The translations under genes were made by a program, and so were the position numbers. A stretch of DNA of 64,000 nt, taken from positions 4,320,001 to 4,384,000 of the forward strand of contig CAVTTN010000002.1 in NCBI GenBank assembly GCA_963737655.1. The letters are read 5' to 3'. This document shows, one piece after another, positions 8,882 through 19,586 of the stretch. The stretch's first letter is position 1, and every line of letters starts with the position of its first letter. Below the pieces are notes generated by a model. That model was not told the DNA's origin. It made no database searches and saw nothing but the letters and a program-made list of their open reading frames with translations. This DNA is from an uncultured Planctomycetota bacterium (lineage in GTDB: Bacteria; Planctomycetota; Planctomycetia; Isosphaerales; Isosphaeraceae).

Positions 8882-10708
8882 TCACTTCGTCGGCATGGCG
8901 ATCCGGGGGTCGGGCTCGACGAGCTTGTGGGTCCGATCGACGTCGGCATGCTCGATCACGGTATCGGGGCCTCCGGCGGGCCATTTCACGACGATCTTGA
9001 CCTCTCTCGCCGCGCCGACGCCGATCAGGAGCCTCGGGTCGTTGGTCGATTCCATGCTGCCCCCGCCCTTCTGCTGGCGGGTGATCGTCTGGCCCTCGGC
9101 GACGACCTGGACCCGGGCGCCGATGGCGTCTCGGTTGCTCCGGGTGCCCCGGAGTTCCAGGCGGACCCAATGATTCGGGGTCTTCGATCGGTTCAGGAGG
9201 ACCCCGGGGGGCTTGTCCTTGTGATTGACCACGATGTCGGCCAGGCCGTCGTCGTCGAGGTCGCCGAACGCGGCCCCCCGGCCGACGTGGCCGGTCTCCA
9301 TGTAAGCCCCCGCGCCCTTCGCCACCGAGGCGAACTTCCGGCCCCCGCCGGCGCCTCCGCCGATGTTCCGGAACAACAGCGGAGGCTCGTTGTAGGGGAG
9401 GTTCGGGTTGCCGACGAGGTGGTGATTGTCGTCCACGTGGCCGTTGGTGATGAAGACGTCGGGCCAGCCGTCGTTGTCGAAATCGACCAGCCCGCAGCCC
9501 CACTTGACCCACTTCTTGCTCTCGGCCATCAGGCCGACGAACGCCGATTGCTCCAGGAACTGGCTGTCGCCGAGGTTCATATAATAGGACGTGGTCTCTT
9601 CCATGAAATTGGTGCGGATGATCTCCGGCTTGCCGTCGCCGTCGGCGTCCTCGGCATCGACGCCCATCCCCGATTGGGCCTGGCCGTTGTCGTCGAAGGC
9701 GGCGCCGTTCTCGAGAGTATCGTCGCGGAACGTGCCGTCCCCCTTGTTGATGAACGTGAATGCCGGGCACTGGTCGTTGGCGACATACAGGTCGATCTTG
9801 CCGTCGCCGTTGAGGTCGGTGGCGACCACGCCGAAGCCGTGGCCGTCGGTCCGGCCGACCCCGGCCGAGACCGTCACGTCGGTGAAGTGGGGGACGCCGT
9901 CCTTCGTGACGTCGTTGCGATAGAGGATGTGGCGGACGGTGGTGATCGTCCGGGGGGAGCAATACTGGCGGACCTCCGCCTTCTCGTCGGGGCACTTGCG
10001 CAGGCCGTCGGTCTTGATGTCCCAGGAGCCGTAATTGGCGATGTAGACGTCGAGGTCGCCGTCGTTGTCGTAGTCCAGGACGGCCCCCCCGGACGACCAG
10101 TTCGGCGAGGCGATGCCGGCCTTCACGCTCTCGTCGCGGAACGTGCCGTCGCCGTTGTTCAGATAGAGGACGTTCGACCCGAGGTTGCAGAGGATCAGGT
10201 CGGTATCGCCGTCATTGTCCAGGTCGGCGGCGATCACGCCGTGGCAGAACCCCCGGAACCCCACCCCGGCCTTCTCGGTGACGTCCTCGAACTTCCCGCC
10301 GCCCAGGTTCCGGTACAGGCGATTGGAATTCGCGGGCTTTTCCGCCAGGGGGAGCAGGTTGCACGAGGCGAAGTACAGATCCATCTTGCCGTCGCGGTCA
10401 TAATCCAGAAACGCCGCGCCCGAGCCGTTGGCCGAGGGGAAATGGCGGGCCGGGGTCATCCCCGAGACCTGGACGAAGTCGATCCCGGCCGATTTCGCGA
10501 CCTCCTCGAACCGGAACGGGCTGGCGACCGATTCGGCCGGACCGGCCGGAGGGGAGACGGCCGGAGCCGCCGAGGCCGAGGAGGGCGGAGGGGCCGTCGA
10601 GGCCGAGGGCGAGGTGGCCGAAGGCGGCGGCGTTTCGGAACAACCCACCATCAGGACCAGGAGCCCGAGGGCGGCCGACGCGCGACCGCTCGCAAGATGG
10701 CGACGCAT
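8882..10708 (-). CDS. CRTAC1/ASPIC-UnbV family FG-GAP lipoprotein
   Basis: Multiple DxDxDGxxD repeats, C-terminal SNRDAIGARV/ASPIC domain, signal peptide ending LMVGC. Confidence 0.9.
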   Translation of the reverse strand: MRRHLASGRASAALGLLVLMVGCSETPPPSATSPSASTAPPPSSASAAPAVSPPAGPAESVASPFRFEEVAKSAGIDFVQVSGMTPARHFPSANGSGAAFLDYDRDGKMDLYFASCNLLPLAEKPANSNRLYRNLGGGKFEDVTEKAGVGFRGFCHGVIAADLDNDGDTDLILCNLGSNVLYLNNGDGTFRDESVKAGIASPNWSSGGAVLDYDNDGDLDVYIANYGSWDIKTDGLRKCPDEKAEVRQYCSPRTITTVRHILYRNDVTKDGVPHFTDVTVSAGVGRTDGHGFGVVATDLNGDGKIDLYVANDQCPAFTFINKGDGTFRDDTLENGAAFDDNGQAQSGMGVDAEDADGDGKPEIIRTNFMEETTSYYMNLGDSQFLEQSAFVGLMAESKKWVKWGCGLVDFDNDGWPDVFITNGHVDDNHHLVGNPNLPYNEPPLLFRNIGGGAGGGRKFASVAKGAGAYMETGHVGRGAAFGDLDDDGLADIVVNHKDKPPGVLLNRSKTPNHWVRLELRGTRSNRDAIGARVQVVAEGQTITRQQKGGGSMESTNDPRLLIGVGAAREVKIVVKWPAGGPDTVIEHADVDRTHKLVEPDPRIAMPTK

Positions 10709-10966
10709 TGGGGAAACCCCGCGAGAAAAAGAAGAAATGGTCGGCCCGGACGGAAGGACGAGGATGGATGCGGGCCGATTTCGATCGTACCATGAAGGAC
10801 GAGGCCTGTCCCGACCCCCGTCTCGGGGGATTCTCGGCTCGAGACTGAAGATCCGCCCGGCGGATGCCGATGAACGAGGATACGGCCTCTCGATTTCCCC
10901 GAAGAATCCCGGGCGGCCGGCGAACCACCGAGTAGGCACTCCAGGAACGGCATCGCGGAGGGTGGG

Positions 10967-11725
10967 ATGGGGCTGGATATCGCTCTGGGCGTCGTGATCC
11001 TGGCGTCCGCCATCCGGGGCTGGTTCAAGGGATTCCTGCGGCAAGCCATCGTCCTGGCGGCCCTGGTCGGCTGCGTCTACGCGGCCGACCCGCTGCGCGA
11101 CCTCGCGCGACCGTACGCCGCGAAGAACTTCCCGTCGATCGCCGCGCCGGTGCTCGACCGCCTGCTCTGGTGGTCGGCGGCGGTGATCTCCTACTTCCTC
11201 GTCTCGGGGATCGGCCTGTCGATCCTCAAGTCTTCCCGCAAGAGGACTTACGGCGACCCCGAGCCGAACCGGAGCGACCAGGGGGCCGGCTTCACCCTCG
11301 GGGCCCTCAAGGGGGCGATCGTCGCCGCGTTCCTCGCCTCCGGGATCGCCCAGTACGCTCCGCCGTTCCTCAAGGGCAACCACTTCGCCGAGGAGCAGAC
11401 CGAGAGGTCCTACGCCCTGAAGTGGTCGGACCGATACCGGCCGGCCGAGCTCCTCTGGAACTCCCCGCCCGTCCGGTCGTTCGTGGCCAGGGTGAGAACC
11501 CGGGGGATGTGGGGTAGCCAGGAAACTCAGGAAGAACGCACCGAGACGGCCAAAATCGAACGCGACGCGTCCGAAAAAAAGGCCCGCCCCGCCTCCACCG
11601 AAGTCCCCCGGACCGCCTCGAACCGCACGAAGCCGCTCCAGATCCCCAGCCTCGACCCGGATGACCCCGAGTTCGCCCGGAAGCTCGAACGGGAGCTCAG
11701 GCGTGAGGGCCTGGAGCCTCGCTAG
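10967..11725 (+). CDS. CvpA family membrane protein
   Basis: N-terminal LDIALGVVILASAIRGWFKGFLRQ and DQGAGFTLGALKG. Confidence 0.8.
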   Translation: MGLDIALGVVILASAIRGWFKGFLRQAIVLAALVGCVYAADPLRDLARPYAAKNFPSIAAPVLDRLLWWSAAVISYFLVSGIGLSILKSSRKRTYGDPEPNRSDQGAGFTLGALKGAIVAAFLASGIAQYAPPFLKGNHFAEEQTERSYALKWSDRYRPAELLWNSPPVRSFVARVRTRGMWGSQETQEERTETAKIERDASEKKARPASTEVPRTASNRTKPLQIPSLDPDDPEFARKLERELRREGLEPR

Positions 11726-11816
11726 GCCATGGCCCGGGACTGACGTTGACCCCTTCGCCGCTCCGGGCGACACTTCGGCCCTTGAAGTCGTCCCCCGGCG
11801 CGGAGAGTGATCGAGG

Positions 11817-13742
11817 ATGGACCCTCGCGAACGTTTCGGCCGGTGGCCGCGCCCCTGGATGCTGCTCGTGGCCCTGGGCCTGTATCTGACCTGTCGCGGC
11901 TATCACAGCCGGGATGGCGACCAGGCGTATCGGCTCCCGCTGCTCCTCCACCAGCAAGACCCCTCGGTCTTCGCGGCCGACCCGTTCGTCGAGGCCCTCG
12001 GCCGGTTCAACCCCCATCGCGGCTACCTCGCGATCCTCGACGTGGCGAGCCGCCCTCTCGGGCTCTCCGCGGGCCTCTTCGGCCTGTTCGCGCTCACGTT
12101 TTTCGGCACCTGCCTTGGCTTCGATCGCCTGGCCCGGTCGGCCTGGCCCGAGGGGGGCGGCCGGGTCGGGGTCGTCGCCGTGGGATTGGTCCTGGCGACG
12201 AAGGCCGGCAACGTCGGCACGAATCACCTGTTCGAGTCCATGCTCCTGGATCGCTTGATGGCGCTGGCCCTGGGATGGCTGGCGATCTCGGCGGCCGTGA
12301 ATCGAGCGGATCGGCCGATCCTCCCCGCCTTGTGGATCGGGATGGCCGGATTCGTCCATCCGTCGCTCGGCCTCCAGCTCGGCGGGCTCCTCGCGGCCGG
12401 ATGGATCGGCTGGGCCGCGATCGGGACGCGATCGGGCGTGACGATCCGGTCGGCCTTGACCGGTTGCCTGGCGATCGCGGTAGCGCTTTCGCCCACGGTC
12501 CTGATGGCGGCGAGGGCCGGGTCGGTCCTCCTGAATGGCCTCCCCCCGGAGGACTATCTTCGGATCGCCGGTTACGTGCAAAGTCCTCAGCACATGATCC
12601 CTCACCTCTGGCGGATGCCCCAGTGGCTCGCGTTTTGCGCCTTCCCGGCGCTCGCGATCCTTTCGGCGTTCCGGATCGGCGAGGGGGATCGATCCGAAAC
12701 CCCGGCGAACGCCTCTCCCCAGAGGCTCCGGGTGGTTGTCCTCTTGATGGCCGCGATGGCGATCCTCGCCGGGTCGTGGGTGGCGATCGAGCCGCTTCGG
12801 AGCGTGAAAATCACCGTCTTCCAGCCGTTCCGGCTCGCCACGGCGGCCCGGGGCCTGGCGATCGTCCTGCTCTCGGGACGAGTCGTCCGGCTCTGGCGGA
12901 GGGGCGACCCGGCCGGACGGGTCCGCGCGGCCCTGATCGTCGCCGGGCTCTCGGGCGACTGGTCGATGGTCATCGCCGGAGGGGTGGAGATCGCCGTTTC
13001 GTTCGCCGGACGGTTCGACCGCAGGGCGGAACCGGCGGTCCTGGGGCTGGCCCTGGTCGCGGGCCTGATCTTCCTCGCCCGCCACGACACCGAATCGGGC
13101 CATGTTCGCCTGATCGCGGCCACGGGTGCTGGACTGGCAAGCTCAATCATCCGAATCCCGCTCGCCCGGTTCGAGCCGTCGCGGAGGAGGCTGGCGGTCC
13201 TCACCCTGGCGGCCTGGATCGTGCCGGTCCTGGCGGCGGCCTGGCCGAATTCCGGCCTGGCGGGGCATTGCCGGTTCGGCGAGACGCCGACCGACGACGT
13301 CGAGAGGCTGGCGGTCTGGTGCCGCGAACACACGCCGAGATCGGCCCGATTCGTGACCCCTCCGGGCCCGAAAACGTTCCGCCTCTGGTCGCGTCGCGAG
13401 GTCGCCTTCAACCGCGCCGCCAGTCCCTATCACGCCTCGGGCCTGGCCGACTGGGCCCGACGGTTCCGCGACCACGTCGGCTTCGAAGGAACCCTCGCCG
13501 GGTTCGCCACCGCGTACCTGCAAGACCGGCAAGCCCTCGAACACCGATTCGATTCGATGACCGACGCCGAAAAGGCCGGGCTCGCCCGCCGTCAAGGGGC
13601 CGAATTCGTCCTCGCCGCCCGTCCCCAAGACGGCACGTCCGCAAACGGGCCGCTACGCTGCCTACGGGTCTCCGGCCGCTACGCAATCTACGAGCTTCGT
13701 TCGGGATCGGTCGCGGGGAAGACCGGAACGATCCGCAGATGA
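11817..13742 (+). CDS. Polytopic membrane protein (DUF6798-like, possible GT-C-type)
   Basis: Many TM segments; GDQAYRLP/ADPFV N-terminus, SPQHM, and a C-terminal WCREHTP..FVTPP..FRL domain. Confidence 0.65.
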   Translation: MDPRERFGRWPRPWMLLVALGLYLTCRGYHSRDGDQAYRLPLLLHQQDPSVFAADPFVEALGRFNPHRGYLAILDVASRPLGLSAGLFGLFALTFFGTCLGFDRLARSAWPEGGGRVGVVAVGLVLATKAGNVGTNHLFESMLLDRLMALALGWLAISAAVNRADRPILPALWIGMAGFVHPSLGLQLGGLLAAGWIGWAAIGTRSGVTIRSALTGCLAIAVALSPTVLMAARAGSVLLNGLPPEDYLRIAGYVQSPQHMIPHLWRMPQWLAFCAFPALAILSAFRIGEGDRSETPANASPQRLRVVVLLMAAMAILAGSWVAIEPLRSVKITVFQPFRLATAARGLAIVLLSGRVVRLWRRGDPAGRVRAALIVAGLSGDWSMVIAGGVEIAVSFAGRFDRRAEPAVLGLALVAGLIFLARHDTESGHVRLIAATGAGLASSIIRIPLARFEPSRRRLAVLTLAAWIVPVLAAAWPNSGLAGHCRFGETPTDDVERLAVWCREHTPRSARFVTPPGPKTFRLWSRREVAFNRAASPYHASGLADWARRFRDHVGFEGTLAGFATAYLQDRQALEHRFDSMTDAEKAGLARRQGAEFVLAARPQDGTSANGPLRCLRVSGRYAIYELRSGSVAGKTGTIRR

Positions 13743-14004
13743 CGCAGATGGACGCAGAGGACGGAGGAGTGATGCAGATTAATGCGAGGATGCATGATCG
13801 CGGAGTGACGCGATTGGGGTCAAAAACCAGGGCCTTCGGCAACCGCAGATGACGCTGATTATTGATTTTGAAATCATGTATTCTTAATCAGCGTCATCTG
13901 CGGTTGCCGACGGCCCTCCTTGATTCCACGGTCGAGATCGAAGCGCGTAACTCCCAGGAAATCTAGAAATCCATCTTATCTGCGCCAATCTGCGTCATCT
14001 GCGG
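13731..14004. repeat. Nested CCGCAGAT-type inverted repeats
   Basis: Outer arms 13731-13759 and 13978-14004; inner perfect 26-bp stem 13836-13861/13885-13910 with an AT-rich loop. Confidence 0.88.
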
Positions 14005-14034
14005 GTCGTTCCGCCTGTCATCGGCGGATCGTTC

Positions 14035-15288
14035 TCACGATGCGAGGACGACGTCGGCCGGGACGGGATAATCCTCGGCGAATTCGCGGATCTCGCCTCG
14101 GATGCGCTCGGAGACGGCCGAATCCTCGGGGGCCTTGAGGGCCTCGATGATCCAGGAGGCGACGCGGCGGAATTCGTCCTCGCGGAGTCCGCGAGTGGTC
14201 AGCGCGGGTGTGCCCATGCGGACGCCGCTGGGGTCGAGCGGCTTCCTCTTGTCGAACGGGATCAGATTCTTGTTCACGGTGATCCCGGCGCGACCCAGGG
14301 CGGCCTCGGCGACCTTGCCGGTCAGGCCCCGGGAGGTCATGTCGATCAGGATCAGGTGATTGTCGGTGCCTCCCGAGATGATCCGGAAGCCGGCCCGGGT
14401 GAGCTCCTCGCCCAGGGTCTTCGCGTTGGCGACGACCTGCGCCGCATAGGCCGCGAACTCGGGCCGGAGGGCCTCGCCGAAGCAGACGGCCTTGCCGGCG
14501 ATCACGTGTTCGAGGGGGCCGCCCTGCAAACCCGGGAACACGGCCGAGTCGATCTTCTTCGCCCAGGCTTCCTTGCACATGGTGATCCCTCCGCGAGGTC
14601 CGCGAAGGGTCTTGTGCGTGGTCGTGGTCACGAAATCGGCCAGGGGGACGGGACTCGGGTGCTGCCCCCCGGCCACCAGGCCCGCGATGTGCGCCATGTC
14701 CACGAACAGCAGGGCGCCGATTCCCCGGGCGATCTCGGCCATCCGTTCGAAGTCGATGATCCGAGAGTACGCGCTGGCGCCGGCGAGGATCAGCTTCGGC
14801 TTGTGCTCGTGGGCCAGGGCGGCCATCCGGTCGTAATCGATCCGCTCGGTCTCGGGGTTCAGGCCATAGCCGATGATGTTGTACCACCGGCCCGAGAAAT
14901 TGAGCTTCATCCCGTGGGTCAGATGGCCGCCGTGGGCGAGGTCCATCGCCAGGACCGTGTCGCCGATCTCCAGGGCCGCGTAATAAACGGCCTGGTTCGC
15001 CGTGGCGCCGGAGTGGGGCTGGACGTTCACGTGATCGGCGCCGAAGAGCGTCCGGGCGCGGGTGATGGCGAGCGTCTCGGAGGTATCGACGTGCTCGCAG
15101 CCGCCATAATAGCGGCGGCCCGGCAGGCCCTCGGCGTACTTGTTCGTGAGCACGGAGCCCACGGCGTCCATGATGGCCCGGCTGGTGTAGTTCTCCGAGG
15201 CGATGAGTTCCAGGTCGTCTCGTTGCCGCTCTTCCTCGGCGGCGATGGCGGCGAAGACCTCGGGGTCGGAGAGCTTCAGGGCGTCCAT
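14035..15288 (-). CDS. glyA: Serine hydroxymethyltransferase
   Basis: [27 protein letters not shown]. Confidence 0.98.
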   Translation of the reverse strand: MDALKLSDPEVFAAIAAEEERQRDDLELIASENYTSRAIMDAVGSVLTNKYAEGLPGRRYYGGCEHVDTSETLAITRARTLFGADHVNVQPHSGATANQAVYYAALEIGDTVLAMDLAHGGHLTHGMKLNFSGRWYNIIGYGLNPETERIDYDRMAALAHEHKPKLILAGASAYSRIIDFERMAEIARGIGALLFVDMAHIAGLVAGGQHPSPVPLADFVTTTTHKTLRGPRGGITMCKEAWAKKIDSAVFPGLQGGPLEHVIAGKAVCFGEALRPEFAAYAAQVVANAKTLGEELTRAGFRIISGGTDNHLILIDMTSRGLTGKVAEAALGRAGITVNKNLIPFDKRKPLDPSGVRMGTPALTTRGLREDEFRRVASWIIEALKAPEDSAVSERIRGEIREFAEDYPVPADVVLAS

Positions 15289-15344
15289 GAGTCGGAAGTC
15301 CTTCGTCCAGGCCGCTTCGGGGCGAATGTCGCGGCGATGGGGTG

Positions 15345-15350
15345 ATTATA
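15345..15350 (-). promoter_or_regulatory. Candidate sigma70 -10 box (TATAAT) for glyA
   Basis: Perfect TATAAT about 57 nt upstream of the ATG in GC-rich DNA; no clear -35. Confidence 0.45.
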
Positions 15351-15408
15351 GCCGTTCGATCGGCCGATCGCCTCCCATTGCCCTGGAGAAAACCCCCTTG
15401 AGTATGAG

Positions 15409-15492
15409 GAAAACGAGTCGGTCCGACTTCAGTCGGGCCTACAAAATAAGACCTTCTTGTAGGCCCGACTGAAGTCGGACCGACTCGTTTTC
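15409..15492. repeat. Perfect 36-bp inverted repeat; GTAG-type REP doublet
   Basis: Arms 15409-15444 and 15457-15492, each containing GTAGGCCCGACTGAAGTCGG on one strand; outer extension GAGAAAACCC/GGGTTTTCTC. Confidence 0.9.
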
Positions 15493-15559
15493 TTCTCCAT
15501 CACCGGGTTTTCTCAAGAGCAGCCTCCCATCCTTTTCCCGTGGGTCGAAGCCACGGAGG

Positions 15560-15589
15560 CTGGCTCCGGGCGTGTTCAGCCGGAGCCAG
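15560..15589. terminator. 10-bp stem hairpin downstream of deoA (possible terminator)
   Basis: CTGGCTCCGG...CCGGAGCCAG; no strong U-tract on the minus strand. Confidence 0.35.
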
Positions 15590-15627
15590 TCCCCGTTATC
15601 TTTTCCCGAGGGCCAGAGCAAACGGGT

Positions 15628-16932
15628 TCAGAGCCGTTCCACGATCAAGGACGGCACCTCCGGCGCCTCGTCGCCGATCTGATAGGCGGATCGGATCATG
15701 TCGCGGGCCTGATCGAAGGCGGAATCCTCGGCATCGGCCAGGATCGTGCAGAGCGGCTCGCCCGTCTCGACGCGATCGCCGAGCTTCCTGAGCAGGATCG
15801 CGCCCACGGCCGGATTGATCGTCGAATCCACCCGGGCGCGGCCGGCGCCGAGGAGCATAGTCGCCACCCCGATCGGCCGGGCCGTGATGGCGGTCACGAA
15901 CCCGGATCGTTCGGCCACCAGGTCGCGGCGGATTTTCGGCCGGGGCAATCGCGAAAGGTCGTCGATCGCCGATGGGTCGCCCCCCTGGGCCTCGACCACC
16001 CGGCGGAACCGTTCGAGGGCCGATCCGTCGGCGATCGTCCGTCGGCAGAGCGCGCGGGCCTCGCCGATCGTGGCCGCCTTCTCGCCCATGACGACCATCT
16101 CGGCGGCCAGCTCGACGCTCAGATCCACGAGGTCCGGCGGCCCCTGCCCTCTCAGGCACTCGACGCTCTCGGCGACCTCCACCGCGTTGCCCACGGCCCG
16201 GCCGAGCGGCTGATCCATCCTCGTAATCAACGCGACCATCCGCTTGCCCAGCCCCCGGCCGATCGCGCACATCGCCCTGGCCAGCGCCCTCGAATCCTCG
16301 AGCCGTTCCATGAACGCGCCATTGCCGGTCTTCACGTCCAGGACCAGCCCATCAATCCCCTCGGCCAGCTTCTTGGACATGATCGAGGCCGAGATCAAAG
16401 CGATCGACTCGACGGTGGCCGTCGCGTCGCGGAGGGCATACAGCGTCTTGTCGGCCGGGGCGATCTCGGCCGTCTGGCCGATCAGGACGAGCCCGCATTC
16501 GTTCAAGACAGCCTTGTAACGCGGCAAATCGAGATCGACGCGGAAGCCCGGGATCGACTCCAGCTTGTCCAGAGTCCCGCCGGTATGCCCCAGGCCGCGG
16601 CCCGAGACCATCGGCACCGGCACCCCGCACGCGGCGGCGATCGGCGCGAGGATCAACGAGGTCTTGTCCCCCACGCCGCCGGTCGAGTGCTTATCGACCT
16701 TCAAACCGGGCGTCTCGGAGAGGTCCACGACGATCCCCGACCGCATCATCGAGTCGGTCAGCGCGGCGGTCTCCCCATCATCCATCCCCCGCCAGACCAC
16801 GGCCATCAATAAGGCGGAAAGCTGATAATCGGCCACCTCGCCCGAGGCGATCCCGCCGACGATCCAGTCGATCTCGGCCGGGTCGAGCCGGCCGCCGTCC
16901 CTCTTCTTGCGGATGATGTCAACGGCTCTCAT
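15628..16932 (-). CDS. deoA: Thymidine/pyrimidine-nucleoside phosphorylase
   Basis: DKHSTGGVGDK, SGRGLGHTGGTLDKLE, SIMSKKLAEG. Confidence 0.95.
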   Translation of the reverse strand: MRAVDIIRKKRDGGRLDPAEIDWIVGGIASGEVADYQLSALLMAVVWRGMDDGETAALTDSMMRSGIVVDLSETPGLKVDKHSTGGVGDKTSLILAPIAAACGVPVPMVSGRGLGHTGGTLDKLESIPGFRVDLDLPRYKAVLNECGLVLIGQTAEIAPADKTLYALRDATATVESIALISASIMSKKLAEGIDGLVLDVKTGNGAFMERLEDSRALARAMCAIGRGLGKRMVALITRMDQPLGRAVGNAVEVAESVECLRGQGPPDLVDLSVELAAEMVVMGEKAATIGEARALCRRTIADGSALERFRRVVEAQGGDPSAIDDLSRLPRPKIRRDLVAERSGFVTAITARPIGVATMLLGAGRARVDSTINPAVGAILLRKLGDRVETGEPLCTILADAEDSAFDQARDMIRSAYQIGDEAPEVPSLIVERL

Positions 16933-16953
16933 GGTCGATCCCAGGGGCAGACG

Positions 16954-17085
16954 AACCGCCAAGACGCGAAGGACGCCAAGGGGTGCAGAGAACGCTTCGA
17001 GGCGAGAGAAACGCGAACCCTCCCTGCCCTGTCTCCTCCTCTCCTCTCCTCATCGATCCTTGGCGCCCTTGGCGCCTTGGCGGTT
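16954..17085. repeat. AACCGCCAAG-type long inverted repeat (same family as the 5679 element)
   Basis: AACCGCCAAGACGCGAAGGACGCCAAGG ... CCTTGGCGCCCTTGGCGCCTTGGCGGTT. Confidence 0.88.
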
Positions 17086-17097
17086 GGCTCTTCCTCT

Positions 17098-17733
17098 TCA
17101 ATCCCCGCCCAGAGTCGCAAACTGCCGATCGCCAGCGTCACCCAGCCCCGGATAGATGAAGCCGATCTCCGTGAGCTTCTCGTCGATCGCCCCGACGTGG
17201 ATGGGGACGTCGGGCATGGCTCTCGAGAACGCCTCGATGCCTTCGGGCGCGGCGATCAGGGCGAGGAGCTTGATCCGCGAGACCCCGCAGGCGCGGACGA
17301 TCTCGCAGGTCCTCACGGCCGACCCTCCGGTGGCGAGCATCGGGTCGACCACGAAGACGATCGAGGCGCGGATCCGGCCGTGGGTCTTGTTGTAATACTC
17401 GGTGGGGCGCAACGTGGCCTCGTCGCGGAAGAGGCCGACGTGCCAGACCTCGGCCTCGGGGATCAGGTCGAGCACGCCGTCGGCCATCCCCAGGCCGGCG
17501 CGGAGGATCGGGACGATCCCCACGCGGTCTTGCAAGACGCGGCTCGGGCAGGGGCCGAGGGGCGTCGTCACCTCGATCTGGCGGGTCGGCAGGTCGGCCG
17601 TGGCCTCCTGGGCGAGCAAGACGGCGAGGTCGCGGACCAGGCCCCGGAACGCGGGAGGCGCGGTCCCGACCGCTCGCAACGACGCGATCTTGTGGGCCAC
17701 CAGCGGGTGATTCGAGGCGAAGACGAGGGCCAC
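17098..17733 (-). CDS. upp: Uracil phosphoribosyltransferase
   Basis: VPILRAGLGM, VDPMLATGGS, IYPGLGDAGDR. Confidence 0.97.
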   Translation of the reverse strand: MALVFASNHPLVAHKIASLRAVGTAPPAFRGLVRDLAVLLAQEATADLPTRQIEVTTPLGPCPSRVLQDRVGIVPILRAGLGMADGVLDLIPEAEVWHVGLFRDEATLRPTEYYNKTHGRIRASIVFVVDPMLATGGSAVRTCEIVRACGVSRIKLLALIAAPEGIEAFSRAMPDVPIHVGAIDEKLTEIGFIYPGLGDAGDRQFATLGGD

Positions 17734-17858
17734 GGCAAGGCTCTCCCCGGCGATCGGGCCCAGGTCGGGCGAGGGGTCGAAATTCGGCCCCGACCAGGAT
17801 ACCCGATCGGCCGATTCGCCGGCCCGAAAAACCGCCGAAATCCCGCCCCCGAGACGTC

Positions 17859-17887
17859 TTGCCCGATCTGGTTGACTTCCCTACACT
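17859..17887 (+). promoter_or_regulatory. Candidate sigma70 promoter TTGCCC-N17-TACACT
   Basis: Correct 17-nt spacing, about 50 nt upstream of the ATG at 17939. Confidence 0.5.
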
Positions 17888-17938
17888 ATCTTCGGGCGGC
17901 GAGGGGCGGGCCCGCGTCACGGAGGGGAGTCCGAGCCG

Positions 17939-18871
17939 ATGTCCGTCCAGTTCACGGTTCTGGCCAGCGGCTCCCGGGGCAACGCCTCGCTGATCCGCTC
18001 GGGCGGGTCGGGCCTCCTGATTGACCTGGGCCTGGGGCCGCGAAGTCTCGCCCGGAGGATGGAGGGCGTGGCGGCCGGTTGGGGATCGGTGGCGGCGGCC
18101 GTCCTCACGCACACCCACGGCGACCACGTCCAGGATGCCTCCTTGCGGGGGCTGGCCCGGCACAAGGTCCCGTTCTACTGCCACGAGGGGCACCTCAAGG
18201 GCCTCGCCCGATTCCCCGGGTTCCTCCTGCTCGACGCCTCGCGGCTGGTTCGGACGTTCGACGAACGCCCGTTCCTCACGCCCGACGGCCTCCGGGTCGA
18301 GCCGATCACGCTGAGCCACGACGGCGGCCCCACCTTCGGCTTCCGGGTCGAGGCCCGAGCCCGGCGCCGGGGGAAATCGACGGCGATCGGCTACCTGGCC
18401 GACACCGGATGCTGGCACGACCGCACGGCCGACCACCTGGCCGACGTGGATTTGCTCGCCGTCGAGTTCAATCACGACGTTGAGATGCAGCGTCAATCGG
18501 GCCGGGCCCCGTATTTGATCGCGAGGAACCTGGGGGATCGCGGGCACCTGTCGAACGCCCAGGGGGCGGGACTCGTGTCGGCCGTCCTGGAGAGGTCGCG
18601 ATCCTCGGCGGTCCGCGACGTGGTCCTGCTCCACCTCAGCGAGCAATGCAACCGGCCGGAGATCGCCGTGATGGAGGCGAGGGGGGCGGTCCGCACCGCG
18701 GGTCGGAGGTCGCGAGTCCACGCGGCGAGCCAGTGGGCGCCGAGCCCGGATCTGGGCGTGACGGCCTCGTCGCGAGCCGCCCGGGCCGAGTCGCGGGCCC
18801 ACCTCTTCCCCTGGGAGGACGACGGATCGGCCGACGATGGCCTGTTCCGCCTCCGGTCCGAGAGCGCCTGA
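17939..18871 (+). CDS. MBL-fold metallohydrolase (YycJ/WalJ-like)
   Basis: LASGSRGNA, THTHGDH, EFNHD, GHLSN, LLHLSEQCN. Confidence 0.88.
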   Translation: MSVQFTVLASGSRGNASLIRSGGSGLLIDLGLGPRSLARRMEGVAAGWGSVAAAVLTHTHGDHVQDASLRGLARHKVPFYCHEGHLKGLARFPGFLLLDASRLVRTFDERPFLTPDGLRVEPITLSHDGGPTFGFRVEARARRRGKSTAIGYLADTGCWHDRTADHLADVDLLAVEFNHDVEMQRQSGRAPYLIARNLGDRGHLSNAQGAGLVSAVLERSRSSAVRDVVLLHLSEQCNRPEIAVMEARGAVRTAGRRSRVHAASQWAPSPDLGVTASSRAARAESRAHLFPWEDDGSADDGLFRLRSESA

Positions 18872-18887
18872 GAGAGAGCCGCCGACG

Positions 18888-19586
18888 TTGGCCGACATTT
18901 TCTTGAGCGATGTTCATCTGAGGCTCGACCGACCCGACCGGGCCCGCCGGCTGGCGAGGCTGGTCGACCGGCTCGACCCGGCCGATCGCCTGGTGATCGT
19001 CGGCGACCTGTGCGACTTCTGGTTCGTCAGCCGGCAGGCCCGCTCCGGCGGCGACCGCTGCGAGGGGCTCCGCGCCCTGGCCGAGTTCCGCCGCCGAGGA
19101 GGCGAGTTGACGATCCTGCCGGGCAACCACGACGCCTGGCTCGGCGCGTTCTACCGCGAAACGCTCGGCGAGGGCTTCGCCGGGATCGGCCTCGAACGCC
19201 GATCGGGCGACCTCCGCATCCTGGCGACCCACGGCCACACGATCGGGGGTGCCCGCGCCCCGTGGAAGGGCGTGATGGAAGGCCGAGCCTTCCTCCGAGG
19301 CTTCGCCGCCCTGCCCCGGCCGATCGCCGAGGGCCTGGGCGTGTTGCTCGACAGCACCAACTCGGTCGGACGGGAGGCGATCGACGCCAAGCATCTGGCG
19401 ATCTATCGCCGTCATGCCGACACCCTGGCCGACTCGATCGACCTGGCGGTCTTCGGCCACATCCACGTGGTCCGAGACGATGCCGAGGGCCGCCCTCGGA
19501 TGGTCGTCCTGGGCAACTGGCACGACCGCGCGAGCTATCTCCGCGTCGATCACGCCGGGGCCGTGATGGTCGTCGAAGAGGATTGA
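18888..19586 (+). CDS. lpxH: UDP-2,3-diacylglucosamine hydrolase-like metallophosphoesterase
   Basis: SDVHL, GDLCDFW, GNHD, HGH, FGHIH, LGNW. Confidence 0.7.
   Translation: MADIFLSDVHLRLDRPDRARRLARLVDRLDPADRLVIVGDLCDFWFVSRQARSGGDRCEGLRALAEFRRRGGELTILPGNHDAWLGAFYRETLGEGFAGIGLERRSGDLRILATHGHTIGGARAPWKGVMEGRAFLRGFAALPRPIAEGLGVLLDSTNSVGREAIDAKHLAIYRRHADTLADSIDLAVFGHIHVVRDDAEGRPRMVVLGNWHDRASYLRVDHAGAVMVVEED

Noticed and set aside
6048..9995. 1315-aa ORF and many other long overlapping or antisense ORFs
   Set aside because: Arg/Pro/Gly-rich shadow frames typical of high-GC DNA; only the GlcF part (6048-7373) has family motifs.
15289..15627. ZTP (pfl) riboswitch upstream of glyA
   Set aside because: The conserved GACUGGCG and CGCCUGGG elements were not found; the region is explained by hairpin repeats.
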